Below are positions 9,485-19,176 of a stretch of 64,000 bases of DNA, in pieces. The DNA is taken from the NCBI GenBank assembly GCA_009841615.1, contig VXLL01000027.1, forward strand, positions 1,223 to 65,222. Reading direction: 5' to 3'. The translations under genes were made by a program, and so were the position numbers. The notes beneath the pieces are model-generated. The model was not told where the DNA came from, ran no database searches, and worked only from the letters and a program-made list of their open reading frames with translations. How positions within the stretch are numbered: the first letter of the stretch is position 1; each line of letters begins with the position of its first letter. This DNA comes from Gammaproteobacteria bacterium (GTDB taxonomy: Bacteria; Pseudomonadota; Gammaproteobacteria; Pseudomonadales; Azotimanducaceae).

Positions 9485-11023
9485 ATGCACTCTGATTCTG
9501 ACGACGAAATTTATGGTTCGCGTGTCGGTTACGATGATGTGGAAGATTCACAGCCCGTAAGGCTACACGAAGCACTAACTAATCAAGACGCTGAACGGGC
9601 TATTTTGGCGTGTTTGATGAAAGAAGACAGTGCTTGGGATCGACTCACCGGGCTTATCCACGAAGCTGACTTTTCCGATCACAAACATCGACGAATTTTC
9701 GCTACGATGCGATTACTCGCGGAACAGAACAAATCACTAGATCCCATCAGTGTTAGTGGGGCGTTAAGGGACTCCGATCTTTTTGGGAAAGTTGGAGGTC
9801 AAAATTACCTGATGGAAATAGAGGAGACACTTTTCGATAAGAATAGGCTTCTCGACTACAAGGAACTCGTTCGCGCTACCGCGATCCGTCGGGAACTGGT
9901 GCATGTGTCACAGCAGATTCGGTTAATCGCTACACACCCTCAAGATCGGACCGTTGACGAGCTGCTGACCGAGTCCGAGACTAAGGTCTTGAAGGTGGGC
10001 GAACAACGCGACGACGAAGAAATAGTCGTTAGACTAAATGATCGAATCGACGATGCGGTGGGGTACGTCAGGACACTCGCTGAGCACGATGGCTACATCC
10101 CTGGTCTTGAGTCAGGTTTTGAACACTTAGACAAACTTACCGCCGGCTTTCGCGACAATGACTTGATCATCATCGCGGCTCGACCGGGTATGGGAAAAAC
10201 AGCACTCGCACTCAACATTTGCACGAACATCCTGTTGAGTTCGATGAAGCCGATTTTGTTTTTCTCGTTGGAACAAGATCGAGAGCAACTAATTCGGAGA
10301 ATGCTCTCGGCGGTCGCTGGAGTGTCGCACGGAAAGCTTGATCAAGGGAGGGGACTAACAACACAAGACTGGCAACAACTGGAGAGTGCTCGCTTGAGCC
10401 TATCTAAAGTTCAGTTTTTTATCGTAGATCGCCCGAACATTACACTGGAAGACATGATGTCTCAGATTCGACGCATCAATCGCGAACTGCGCGATGAGAG
10501 CAAAGAAACGAATAACAGGTTATCTATGGTAGTTGTGGACTATTTACAGCTGGTTAAACCTTCTCGCGAACGTTCGAGTCGAGTGATCGAACTCGGTGAA
10601 GTCTCCCGAGGCTTAAAAGCACTCGCGAAAGAGTTCAAGATTCCAGTCGTTAGTGTTGCTCAACTCAATAGAAACGTCGAAAATCGGGAAAACAAACGAC
10701 CTCGAATGGCAGACCTCCGTGATAGCGGTGAAATTGAACAAGATGCCGACTTGATCCTCTTCATCTATCGCGATGAAGTCTATGACGAGTATTCGGCGCA
10801 GAAAGGAAAAGCAGAAATCATCATTGGGAAACACCGTAACGGTCCTCGAGGAGATTTAACACTTGACTTTCAAGCTAAGCTCATGAGGTTTTCGAACGAA
10901 GGTGAAACAGCGTTTCGGGCACCTGTTCAGTATAGCAACGAAGATGAACCCGCTAAGACAACAGATGATGAGGACGACGACCTGATCGACGACGATCTGG
11001 ACGACGATGAACCTTCGTTCTAG
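9485..11023 (+). CDS. dnaB: Replicative DNA helicase DnaB
   Basis: Contains the Walker A motif ARPGMGKTALALN, plus VVDYLQLV, SVAQLNRNVENRENKRPRMADLRDSGEIEQDADL and KHRNGP. It follows rplI, as in many gammaproteobacteria. Confidence 0.95.
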   Translation: MHSDSDDEIYGSRVGYDDVEDSQPVRLHEALTNQDAERAILACLMKEDSAWDRLTGLIHEADFSDHKHRRIFATMRLLAEQNKSLDPISVSGALRDSDLFGKVGGQNYLMEIEETLFDKNRLLDYKELVRATAIRRELVHVSQQIRLIATHPQDRTVDELLTESETKVLKVGEQRDDEEIVVRLNDRIDDAVGYVRTLAEHDGYIPGLESGFEHLDKLTAGFRDNDLIIIAARPGMGKTALALNICTNILLSSMKPILFFSLEQDREQLIRRMLSAVAGVSHGKLDQGRGLTTQDWQQLESARLSLSKVQFFIVDRPNITLEDMMSQIRRINRELRDESKETNNRLSMVVVDYLQLVKPSRERSSRVIELGEVSRGLKALAKEFKIPVVSVAQLNRNVENRENKRPRMADLRDSGEIEQDADLILFIYRDEVYDEYSAQKGKAEIIIGKHRNGPRGDLTLDFQAKLMRFSNEGETAFRAPVQYSNEDEPAKTTDDEDDDLIDDDLDDDEPSF

Positions 11024-11479
11024 ACTCACGACGGTTAAAAAAAGTGCTAGGTACAGTCGCTACTCAAGCTTCTTCAACTTTAATTTGCCGGTAGACTCTC
11101 ACCTACCTTTCTCACCTATGTCTCGTGGGGATGCGAGGTCCGCGTAGTGCAGGCAACAGCTCTACGATATTCAACAAAACAAGGGGTATCAAACTGCCGA
11201 GAGGAGCTTATTGACACTGTGCTTTGAAGCGATTTTCTTCCGCCGTGTCAGTCAGTTTGACTAGAATGAGATTTTTCTCATCAATCCGTTCTGTACGTGT
11301 TAAAGTAGCGTGCGTGGACAGTAACTCATCAGTTTGTAGGAATTTGACTTATGACCTGGAATCTTCAACCTGAAATCTCACAGCATTTACATGACAACCA
11401 AACCTCAAAAATCGCTTCGTCTCTGAGGCGCTTTCGAATTGACAATGAACATTGCAAATTGTCGAGTCCGGCGACTGTG

Positions 11480-14077
11480 ATGAGTTTCATTGCGAAATCA
11501 AAGAAACTCATCGTCTTCTGGCTTGTATTGGTTGGCACGTTTTTTGTAAACCACTCAGTAGTCGGTCAAACCGAAAATGAGTGTCCTGTTCCGCCTGACA
11601 CTGATCCAGTTGAAGATCCCGAGGTTACTGCACAACAAGTCGTTGCAGACGAAACTAAATTAGGAGATTTCACACGACTAACACGAGATCGGTTTAAAAA
11701 CTATTCTTTGACGGTTACAAGTATCACACAAATTGCATATTTTGGATGTGTCCTTAGGGAAGACGAGGGACCTTGGCGCACGGATTCTGTCTATCCCATT
11801 CTTATGACTCCGTTTGGACGAGTGGTATTTCACACGAAGGACATGACTCTTTCTGGTAGGCTGCTTAATCCCGCCATCCTGGCGACCATTTATACCGCAC
11901 TAGGTGTCTCTCGCCAAGATATAGCAGACCTGAGATCTTCTGATCCCGATACCGTGGCAAAAGCCCGTCGATCGATCCTCCTTACACTGGCAAGAGAACA
12001 GGATGCAGCTTTTGACGCTACCGCACCCATACCCGGCGTGCGTCCAGGTATTCCGGGTGCTAAAGGCCACGTAGCAGTCTATGTAGGACGGGCGTTTCAG
12101 ATTCCTTTAATAGTACTCGGTGGGTTTGACTTAAACGCATCACATGTAGCTGACGAAGTTGTCGATTACGGCGACCCAAGTGTGACTGCTAGTGATGTGG
12201 TTGACCGAGAAACGTTGAAGCAATTTGTTATCGAAGCCGGAAATTACTTTATCGATGCACAGAGAGATACTCGAGATGGTATTCTTGGATCGGTCGCGAA
12301 AGTCGCGATGCGAGATCCAAACGGACCTTGGCGACATGGTTCAGTGTACATTTACATACTAGACCTCAGGAGCAACATTATTTTCTTTCACGGTGCGAAT
12401 CCGAACAGGTTTGAATTTCGACCGTTGATTGCAACCGTTCGAGACGCGGTGACTGGCGAGTTGATTTTGCCGCAGGTCATCGATGCTGCGAAGAGTAGTC
12501 CTGAAGGGGGATTTGTGCGATATTACTTCGACGATCCTACTGATGACACGGATAGTGCGGATACACCCAAGGTGGGGTATGCTCGTGAGTTTACAGGGAC
12601 TGTCAGACGACAAGACGGTAGCGTCATCCCATCGAACTACATCGTTGGGTCTGGCTTTTATCTAACTGACCCAGCAGTTGTTACGATACGCCAAAACAAA
12701 GTCGTCCAAACCGTGCTTCCCCAAGTCTTGCGAACTATGACTGCAAGTACCGTGGATGCTATTTCTGACCGTATTGAGCAAGTGACATCCGACTCGAGCG
12801 CTTCTGCCTCTGCGGGAATCAGATTAGGTGGTACATCTACATTCGCTAATGCTCTGATCGGGAAACGGAGCGGTTCGTATTTGTCGAACTGGCTGGCTGA
12901 GGGATCTTACTTCGTGCTCCCGTTGAATGCAGCTCACGGCGGCAACGGCTTTCTCAGTCACTTTACTCTTTGGGCGAACGCTGACCACCGAAAACTCTCT
13001 GATGAGAACATGCAAGTCATGGCCTACGACGGTAACGTGACTAGTGCTAACATCGGTATCGATCGTAAAGTAGGCGAGAACTTAGTTGGTGGAGTTTCCA
13101 TGACCTTTGCGAGTGGGACAGTGGACTACGAAGACCCAGAAGCAGCCATGGGGGAACTATCAACATCAATATCGAGTATCAATCCCTACCTCGGATGGCA
13201 GATGGCAGACAATGCTCGAGTGTGGGCTGCGGCCGGTTTTGGTTGGGGCGAGGTTGAGTTTACTGAATCAACGAACTCGCAAGCCAGTGATCTGTCTCAG
13301 ACTATGTTCGCCGCGGGTATTGATCTGTCTCTGATGTCCAGTGAGAACCTGCTCAAGGGCGGTACGACGAGTATCAAATTGAAGGGTCAGTCAGCTTTCA
13401 CGACCGCAGATGTCGACGAAGGCGTCAGTTTAGAACAAACAAGTCTAGACGCTTCCCGACATCGAGTGTCGTTTAAAGGTCTGTATGAAAGGAAATTAAA
13501 GTCGGAGGCAGTGATTACCCCTTCGATCGAAGCTGGTTGGAGGATTGACGGTGGAGACGGTACTACAGGAAACGGACTCGAGGTTGGCGCAGGACTGGGA
13601 TATTCCGCGGGCCGGCTAGTGCTTAAACTCAACTCCCAGACCTTACTCACGCATTCGGATGTCGATGATTTCGAAGATTGGAGTTTTAGGGGCATGATCG
13701 CGTTCCAGCCGAGTAGCGATGGCCACGGACTCTCTATGTCCCTAGGTTCTTCGTGGGGACTGGCGAATCGAGAGCTTGAAAGCGACGCGCTACGGTCAAT
13801 GAGCGCTGCTCGACTATCGAATCAGCGCGAGACGTTGATGTCAACGTCGCCGTGGATACATGCCGCAATTCGATACGACTTTAGCAAACCACAAGGACTT
13901 GGCTTGTGGACATCCTATCGTGGTACTGATCACGATCACCAAATCCGCGTATTGCAACTGGGTTTACAGTTCCGAGCCACTCAAGGTTTTAATGCTGGAC
14001 TGCAGATTGGAAGACAAGAGAGTATTCATAGGTCGCCTCATCACAGTATCGAGCTTCGCGGTACGCTACGGTGGTGA
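11480..14077 (+). CDS. Autotransporter-like outer-membrane protein with a passenger of two Cache-like modules
   Basis: A signal-peptide-like N-terminus starts at Met 11480 (MSFIAKSKKLIVFWLVLVGTFFVNHSVVGQ). There are two internally similar modules (GPWRTDSVYPILM... and GPWRHGSVYIYILDLRSNIIFFHGANP...GGFVRYYFDDP...KVGYAREF). The second resembles an sCache_2 fold. The C-terminal roughly 390 aa shows an alternating beta-strand pattern and ends in ...IELRGTLRW, with a terminal aromatic residue. Confidence 0.6.
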   Translation: MSFIAKSKKLIVFWLVLVGTFFVNHSVVGQTENECPVPPDTDPVEDPEVTAQQVVADETKLGDFTRLTRDRFKNYSLTVTSITQIAYFGCVLREDEGPWRTDSVYPILMTPFGRVVFHTKDMTLSGRLLNPAILATIYTALGVSRQDIADLRSSDPDTVAKARRSILLTLAREQDAAFDATAPIPGVRPGIPGAKGHVAVYVGRAFQIPLIVLGGFDLNASHVADEVVDYGDPSVTASDVVDRETLKQFVIEAGNYFIDAQRDTRDGILGSVAKVAMRDPNGPWRHGSVYIYILDLRSNIIFFHGANPNRFEFRPLIATVRDAVTGELILPQVIDAAKSSPEGGFVRYYFDDPTDDTDSADTPKVGYAREFTGTVRRQDGSVIPSNYIVGSGFYLTDPAVVTIRQNKVVQTVLPQVLRTMTASTVDAISDRIEQVTSDSSASASAGIRLGGTSTFANALIGKRSGSYLSNWLAEGSYFVLPLNAAHGGNGFLSHFTLWANADHRKLSDENMQVMAYDGNVTSANIGIDRKVGENLVGGVSMTFASGTVDYEDPEAAMGELSTSISSINPYLGWQMADNARVWAAAGFGWGEVEFTESTNSQASDLSQTMFAAGIDLSLMSSENLLKGGTTSIKLKGQSAFTTADVDEGVSLEQTSLDASRHRVSFKGLYERKLKSEAVITPSIEAGWRIDGGDGTTGNGLEVGAGLGYSAGRLVLKLNSQTLLTHSDVDDFEDWSFRGMIAFQPSSDGHGLSMSLGSSWGLANRELESDALRSMSAARLSNQRETLMSTSPWIHAAIRYDFSKPQGLGLWTSYRGTDHDHQIRVLQLGLQFRATQGFNAGLQIGRQESIHRSPHHSIELRGTLRW

Positions 14078-14243
14078 GCACCGCCCAACGGTGGAGGTGT
14101 GGGATCGGGGAGTAGGAGTTCGTTATTGTACAACGTCTGACTCGACCATGTATGGTGCTGTGCGTCGAATAAGCCGGTAATCGTTAACAGATTCCTCAGG
14201 CTCTTTCAGTAGCAAAGGTGAAAGGGTAGGAAGAGGTGCTAGA

Positions 14244-15626
14244 ATGGTGAAATCAAAGGTTCTTTTCGCCTGTCGCGAGTGTGGTGCCTCGTATCCTAAA
14301 TGGCAGGGACAGTGTGCAACCTGCGGAGAGTGGAACTGCTTGGAAGAAGTCAAGGTTTCACAAAAACAAAAAAAGTCAGGTGTCGCGGCGGGAGTTGGGT
14401 TTTCTGGCAGTGGGACTGAGATCACACGATTAGCTGAAGTCAAGCTTGAATCAAGCCAGCGTATTCTGACCCACATTCACGAGTTCGACCGTGTTTTAGG
14501 TGGTGGTTTAGTACCCGGTTCAGTGGTATTGATAGGTGGTGAGCCTGGTGCTGGAAAGTCAACCTTGCTGATACAGATGGCAAGCGAGATAGCGCGCGAT
14601 TTGGGGTGCGTCTACGTCAGTGGAGAAGAGTCCATTCAGCAGATTGCCAGTCGCGCTATACGTCTTGGGATTTCGGACCGTGAGGTTCAACTGGCGACAC
14701 TAACAGATGTCGGACACGTGATTTCCTTAGTGGAACATACAAAACCTACGGTGGTAGTCGTAGACTCTATCCAAGTGATGCATTCCGATGAGATAGAGAG
14801 TGTTCCGGGGAGTGTCAGCCAAGTTCGAGAGTGCGCGTCTGAGCTGACGCAACTCGCAAAACAAACAGGCACAATCTTCGTACTCATTGGACATGTAACT
14901 AAGGAAGGAAATCTCGCTGGTCCCAAAGTTCTGGAGCACATGATTGATTGCTTTGTGATGTTAGAAGCTCCGATTGGTAGTCGTTTCCGAATGCTACGAG
15001 GAATTAAGAACCGGTTCGGCGCGGTAAATGAACTAGGTGTGTTTGCGATGACAGACCGAGGGTTGCGAGAAGTCGCTAATCCCTCGGCGATTTTTTTAGA
15101 ACGTACTACAGAACCAACGGCCGGCAGTGTAGTTACCGTTACTTGGGAAGGTACGCGGCCATTGTTAGTTGAAATTCAGGCACTGGTTGACGATGTGCAA
15201 GGAGGATATCCACGTCGTGTTTCTGTAGGTCTGGACACTCAACGATTGGCTATGCACTTAGCGATCATGCACCGACACTGTGGAATCTCACTAGCGGATC
15301 AAGATGTGTTCGCCAACGTCACCGGCGGTATCAAGGTGGCAGAGACCGCCGTAGACTTAGCCACTCTGATCGCAGTGTATTCCAGTTTTAGAAATCGCGC
15401 GCTTCCCCACGATCTGGTTGTGTTTGGTGAATTAGGACTGACGGGTGAAATACGACCAGTTCCCAATGGGCAAGAACGTCTGCGCGAGGTACAAAAACAC
15501 GGTTTTACACGGGCGATAGTTCCACTAGCAAACAAAGCCAAAAAGCCTTTTGCAGGGGTCGAAGTTTCTTACGTCCCTACTCTTAGCAGCGCACTAGATG
15601 TTCTAAACGAAATTTTGACCGGTTAA
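14244..15626 (+). CDS. radA: DNA repair protein RadA/Sms
   Basis: Has an N-terminal zinc ribbon (CRECGASYPKWQGQCATCGEWN), Walker A (GGEPGAGKSTLL), the KNRFG motif and a Lon-like C-terminal domain. Confidence 0.95.
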   Translation: MVKSKVLFACRECGASYPKWQGQCATCGEWNCLEEVKVSQKQKKSGVAAGVGFSGSGTEITRLAEVKLESSQRILTHIHEFDRVLGGGLVPGSVVLIGGEPGAGKSTLLIQMASEIARDLGCVYVSGEESIQQIASRAIRLGISDREVQLATLTDVGHVISLVEHTKPTVVVVDSIQVMHSDEIESVPGSVSQVRECASELTQLAKQTGTIFVLIGHVTKEGNLAGPKVLEHMIDCFVMLEAPIGSRFRMLRGIKNRFGAVNELGVFAMTDRGLREVANPSAIFLERTTEPTAGSVVTVTWEGTRPLLVEIQALVDDVQGGYPRRVSVGLDTQRLAMHLAIMHRHCGISLADQDVFANVTGGIKVAETAVDLATLIAVYSSFRNRALPHDLVVFGELGLTGEIRPVPNGQERLREVQKHGFTRAIVPLANKAKKPFAGVEVSYVPTLSSALDVLNEILTG

Positions 15627-15677
15627 GGTATAGAAACTTACACGATATATGTGCTAGTACCTATAGTTTGAGTGGTA

Positions 15678-17201
15678 TTAGTCCTCTTGGGAACGTAGTT
15701 CGATAAGGTGTCGTACGCCGTAACTGCCTACGCGTAGATCGTCGATCACTAACGGTTCATACCAATAATAACCCACTTCCTCAAGAATTTGTTGCGAGAC
15801 ATCTTCAGATAGTACCGTGCCTTGAACCTCAACAATATTTGGTCGCTCGACGAACCCCTGTTTATCAACGTCGAATTCAACGATGACGCTACCATTTTTT
15901 TGGTTACCTTCGATAAACAACGTGTGGGTCGGATTAACTCTATGTTTGGGTCGGTGTACTATAGCATTCCGAAGGTGGGGAGGGGCATTCGGTGGCAAAA
16001 CCATCGGTACTTGTGATCGAGGATCCGGTGAGCTGTCACCAAGAGCACGACCTGGACTTGTGCTATCTTCGCGAGCAATTACGTATTTGACATTGGTGAG
16101 TGCTGTTGTTCGTGTAGGTTGGCCATCTACGTACTTAGGTATGTATTTAAACTGTTTAATGGCACTAAGAGCCGATTGATCGAAGATCTTTGGTGGGTTA
16201 GCTTCTATAACCTCGACATTTTCGACAGAGCCGGTTTCGGCTATCTCAAATCGAACAATTACGTAGCCCTCGACGTTGTCTAACAATGCTTGTTCCGGAT
16301 ATTCTGGTTCAACTTTGCTCAATGATTGCCAATCTTGGTTGAATCCAAATTCGATCTTGTGTAGCACCTCTGTCGAGGGTTTGTCCGGATCAAAACTGAA
16401 CTGAGATACGGTGGTGATTGCAGCGGTCTCAAATTCACTAGCATCGGAATAAATCACTTCAGGGTTTTCTACCTCACCATCAGCGTTGATATCAAATTCG
16501 ACGATGACGTGCCCATGTAGCTGTTTTTCCTTGGCTTCAGCGGGATATGTAGCGACTACTGCTTCATTGGGATTACTGTCTAAAGAAAAGATAAACATGT
16601 GCGACACAATTTGATCTGGTTTAAATCGCGTTGTTTCAAATTTCATCCTCCCTGCGGCGTCGAGCGCTGCGGCTTCAAAGACACCAGCTGGTTCAGCACC
16701 AACAACTTGTTGACCACGTACTTCACCCCACTCCGATACACTAAACTGAACAACAACAAAACCTTCGGCACCACTCTCTAACGCTGTTTGCGGATATTTC
16801 ACTTTTACTGGAACCATAGGCTCGGAATCGAGTGAAAAGAAAAAGCTTTTCGTGGCTCCCTTCATATGCCGTGCAGGTCCACCGAGCTGTTCATATCGAT
16901 GGTTTTTAATTGCTTGTAGCGCATAGAGTTCGAATTTGCCAGGTAATGAAGAATTGACGATACATGGGTTTTCGACGTCGCCCTCTTCGGTAACATCAAA
17001 CATCACAGTGACCATACCTTCCAGCAGATCTGTCCAGAGTGCTTTAGGATAGTCCGGCAGTGGAGCTTCGATTTCTTTGAGGAGATTTCCATCAGCTGGG
17101 GCCGTCGTTACCGCTCGCACAAAAACACTACTCATCAATGCGATTGTCAGAACAGACAACGCGACACATAGTGGGATTTGCTTTGACTTATCAGTTCCCA
17201 T
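15678..17201 (-). CDS. Secreted protein made of 4-5 tandem TonB C-terminal (TonB_C) domains
   Basis: A signal peptide is followed by repeated units of the form YP..A.....G.V.V.F.V...G.V.N....., for example YPKALWTDLLEGMVTVMFDVTEEGDVEN, YPQTALESGAEGFVVVQFSVSEWGEV, YPAEAKEKQLHGHVIVEFDINADGEVEN and YPEQALLDNVEGYVIVRFEIAETGSVEN. A fifth unit is degenerate. There is no TonB-like N-terminal TM anchor. Confidence 0.7.
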   Translation of the reverse strand: MGTDKSKQIPLCVALSVLTIALMSSVFVRAVTTAPADGNLLKEIEAPLPDYPKALWTDLLEGMVTVMFDVTEEGDVENPCIVNSSLPGKFELYALQAIKNHRYEQLGGPARHMKGATKSFFFSLDSEPMVPVKVKYPQTALESGAEGFVVVQFSVSEWGEVRGQQVVGAEPAGVFEAAALDAAGRMKFETTRFKPDQIVSHMFIFSLDSNPNEAVVATYPAEAKEKQLHGHVIVEFDINADGEVENPEVIYSDASEFETAAITTVSQFSFDPDKPSTEVLHKIEFGFNQDWQSLSKVEPEYPEQALLDNVEGYVIVRFEIAETGSVENVEVIEANPPKIFDQSALSAIKQFKYIPKYVDGQPTRTTALTNVKYVIAREDSTSPGRALGDSSPDPRSQVPMVLPPNAPPHLRNAIVHRPKHRVNPTHTLFIEGNQKNGSVIVEFDVDKQGFVERPNIVEVQGTVLSEDVSQQILEEVGYYWYEPLVIDDLRVGSYGVRHLIELRSQED

Positions 17202-17272
17202 ATCTCCTCCTGATCAGTAGTCTTAAAAAAATTATATGTCGTCTATCTGACTTGACACGACCGTGCCACACC

Positions 17273-17470
17273 TTACTGTTGTAGGAGTGGATAGTAAATT
17301 TTGAGTTGGATTCGGCTTAGGGGACTCGGTCTTTGGGTTTGCTTTTGTAGCCATCGCCAGTAGTAGCCGAGTTCTTGCAGAATTTGATCGAAATTTATTG
17401 TATAGCAATCCTGTGGGACAACGCTCAGCGAATTCCCGATGACGAAAATTTGCTCCGCTCTAGTTTCCAT
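17273..17470 (-). pseudogene. Probable relic of a third multi-TonB_C paralog (C-terminal fragment only)
   Basis: The 65-aa ORF contains DQILQELGYYWRW...RIQLKIYY. This parallels the C-termini of the flanking paralogs (QQILEEVGYYWYEP...RHLIELR and ERILDEVSFFWYVP...KHRIELT). It overlaps the stop of the upstream paralog by 11 nt. Confidence 0.35.
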
Positions 17471-19001
17471 CGAAAGTCAGTTCAATCCGGTGTTTAACCC
17501 CGTTAACTCGTATTGGTTGATCGTTCTTAAGCCATGGCACGTACCAGAAGAAGCTGACCTCGTCAAGAATGCGTTCCTTGATTTCTTCCGGTAAGCTAGT
17601 GTCGATGACCTCGAGTATTTTTGGTCCTTCAACGTAGCCGTGGCCGTTCACATCGAATTGAACGATGACACTACCGTCATCATGATCCCCAGTCAACTGT
17701 AATTCGTAGATTGGATCGAGTTTGATATTGCGCATAGACTCGGGTCGCCTGTCTTCAATTACCGGTTGCCTCCTTGGATTTTCAGACTGCCTTCTTCGAT
17801 TCGGCGTTCGCCGTCCTTGACGTTGCGGTCGAATCTCCTGCGTATTCTGCCGAGCGTTTTGGTTTGGTGTTCCGAGTGCAAATCGAAGTCTGTTGCGTTC
17901 CCCTTGAACTCGAACTGGTTTTCCGTCAACATACTTCGGTAAGTAAGTAAACTGCGCCGTAGCCGCTAGAGCAGCTTCGTTGAAAACATCAGGTGGTTCT
18001 GCTTCGAGCACCGACAAGTTGTCGACGGATCCTCTTTCGTCAACGTCGAACCTCACGATTACGTATCCTTCAATTCTGTTTAGAATTGCCGCACGAGGAT
18101 ATTTGGGCACTTTTTTGGTCAGAGCGTGGAGGTTCCGATTTAGGATGAACTCTACTTTGTGATAGACGTTTTGAGCGGGCTTATTAGGATCAAAAATAAA
18201 TTGAGATACCGCGTCCACTGCAGGCTGATCAAATATGCTATCACTGGAGTAAACCACATAGGCTCTGTCGACACTACCTTCAGAGTTGATGTCAAAGTTC
18301 ACGATTGCGTGTCCCTGTATACCTTCTTCCTTAGCTTGATTTGGATATTCGGGGATTACTAGATTGTTTGGTTCGCTATCCAATGAAAAAATAAATTTAT
18401 GATGCATTGTTTGGCGTTCTAAAAATCGATTCGAGTCAAACCTGAACTGTCTTGCAGCCTCCAAAGCGGCATCTTCAAACACCTTAGCAGGTACTGCGGC
18501 TGGCGTCGAGAAGTTGCGCACTTTACCGTTAGATTTAACGTCAAACTTAACCACGACATATCCTTGGAATCCGAACTCCAAAGCAGCGTAAGGATATTTA
18601 GGAGAAACAAAGTCTTTCGGATTTGAATCTAGAGTGAAATCAACAGTCGTACTGACTCCCTCAATGAGTTCACGAGGACGGGTCAAGTTTTCATAACGGA
18701 AGTCTTTCACAGCTTGAAGTGCGTAGAGCTCGAATATACCGGGGTACGTGGAATTGGTGATACAAGGGTTTTGCACTCTACCGCGTTTAGTTACGTCAAA
18801 CATGACCGTGACCTGGCCATCTTGACCCTTTTGCCACACTCCTTTAGGATAGGGCGCGTTCGGAGTAGCTGTTTCTTTTAGCCGATTGTCGTCGACGGCT
18901 GAGATGATTGTTGTTTGTGCAAGAATTGTCCCAACTAGTGCGGTATAAATCGCCAAAATTAGGGCGTGTCTTCGAATTTGCTTTGTCTCAACCGCTCGCA
19001 T
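17460..19001 (-). CDS. Secreted protein made of 4-5 tandem TonB_C domains (paralog of 15678-17201)
   Basis: Same architecture and collinear similarity to the neighbour (YPKGVWQKGQDGQVTVMFDVTKRGRVQN, YPYAALEFGFQGYVVVKFDVKSNGKV, YPNQAKEEGIQGHAIVNFDINSEGSV, YPRAAILNRIEGYVIVRFDVDERGSVDN). An Arg/Pro/Gln-rich linker precedes the last domain. Confidence 0.7.
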   Translation of the reverse strand: MRAVETKQIRRHALILAIYTALVGTILAQTTIISAVDDNRLKETATPNAPYPKGVWQKGQDGQVTVMFDVTKRGRVQNPCITNSTYPGIFELYALQAVKDFRYENLTRPRELIEGVSTTVDFTLDSNPKDFVSPKYPYAALEFGFQGYVVVKFDVKSNGKVRNFSTPAAVPAKVFEDAALEAARQFRFDSNRFLERQTMHHKFIFSLDSEPNNLVIPEYPNQAKEEGIQGHAIVNFDINSEGSVDRAYVVYSSDSIFDQPAVDAVSQFIFDPNKPAQNVYHKVEFILNRNLHALTKKVPKYPRAAILNRIEGYVIVRFDVDERGSVDNLSVLEAEPPDVFNEAALAATAQFTYLPKYVDGKPVRVQGERNRLRFALGTPNQNARQNTQEIRPQRQGRRTPNRRRQSENPRRQPVIEDRRPESMRNIKLDPIYELQLTGDHDDGSVIVQFDVNGHGYVEGPKILEVIDTSLPEEIKERILDEVSFFWYVPWLKNDQPIRVNGVKHRIELTFDGN

Positions 19002-19176
19002 TGGTCCTCCGAAATAATTTCTGCCAAAATTTTAGACCACGCACTTATCAAGACATTTGTAACAAAAATATAGTCAATGTGTGAAGACCATTTTGATTGA
19101 TAGAAGTCGCTAGTCGTTGCCTGGCACAACACTAAAATACCTTCTTCACTAATTCACAGAAGTTGTTGTTCCGCAA

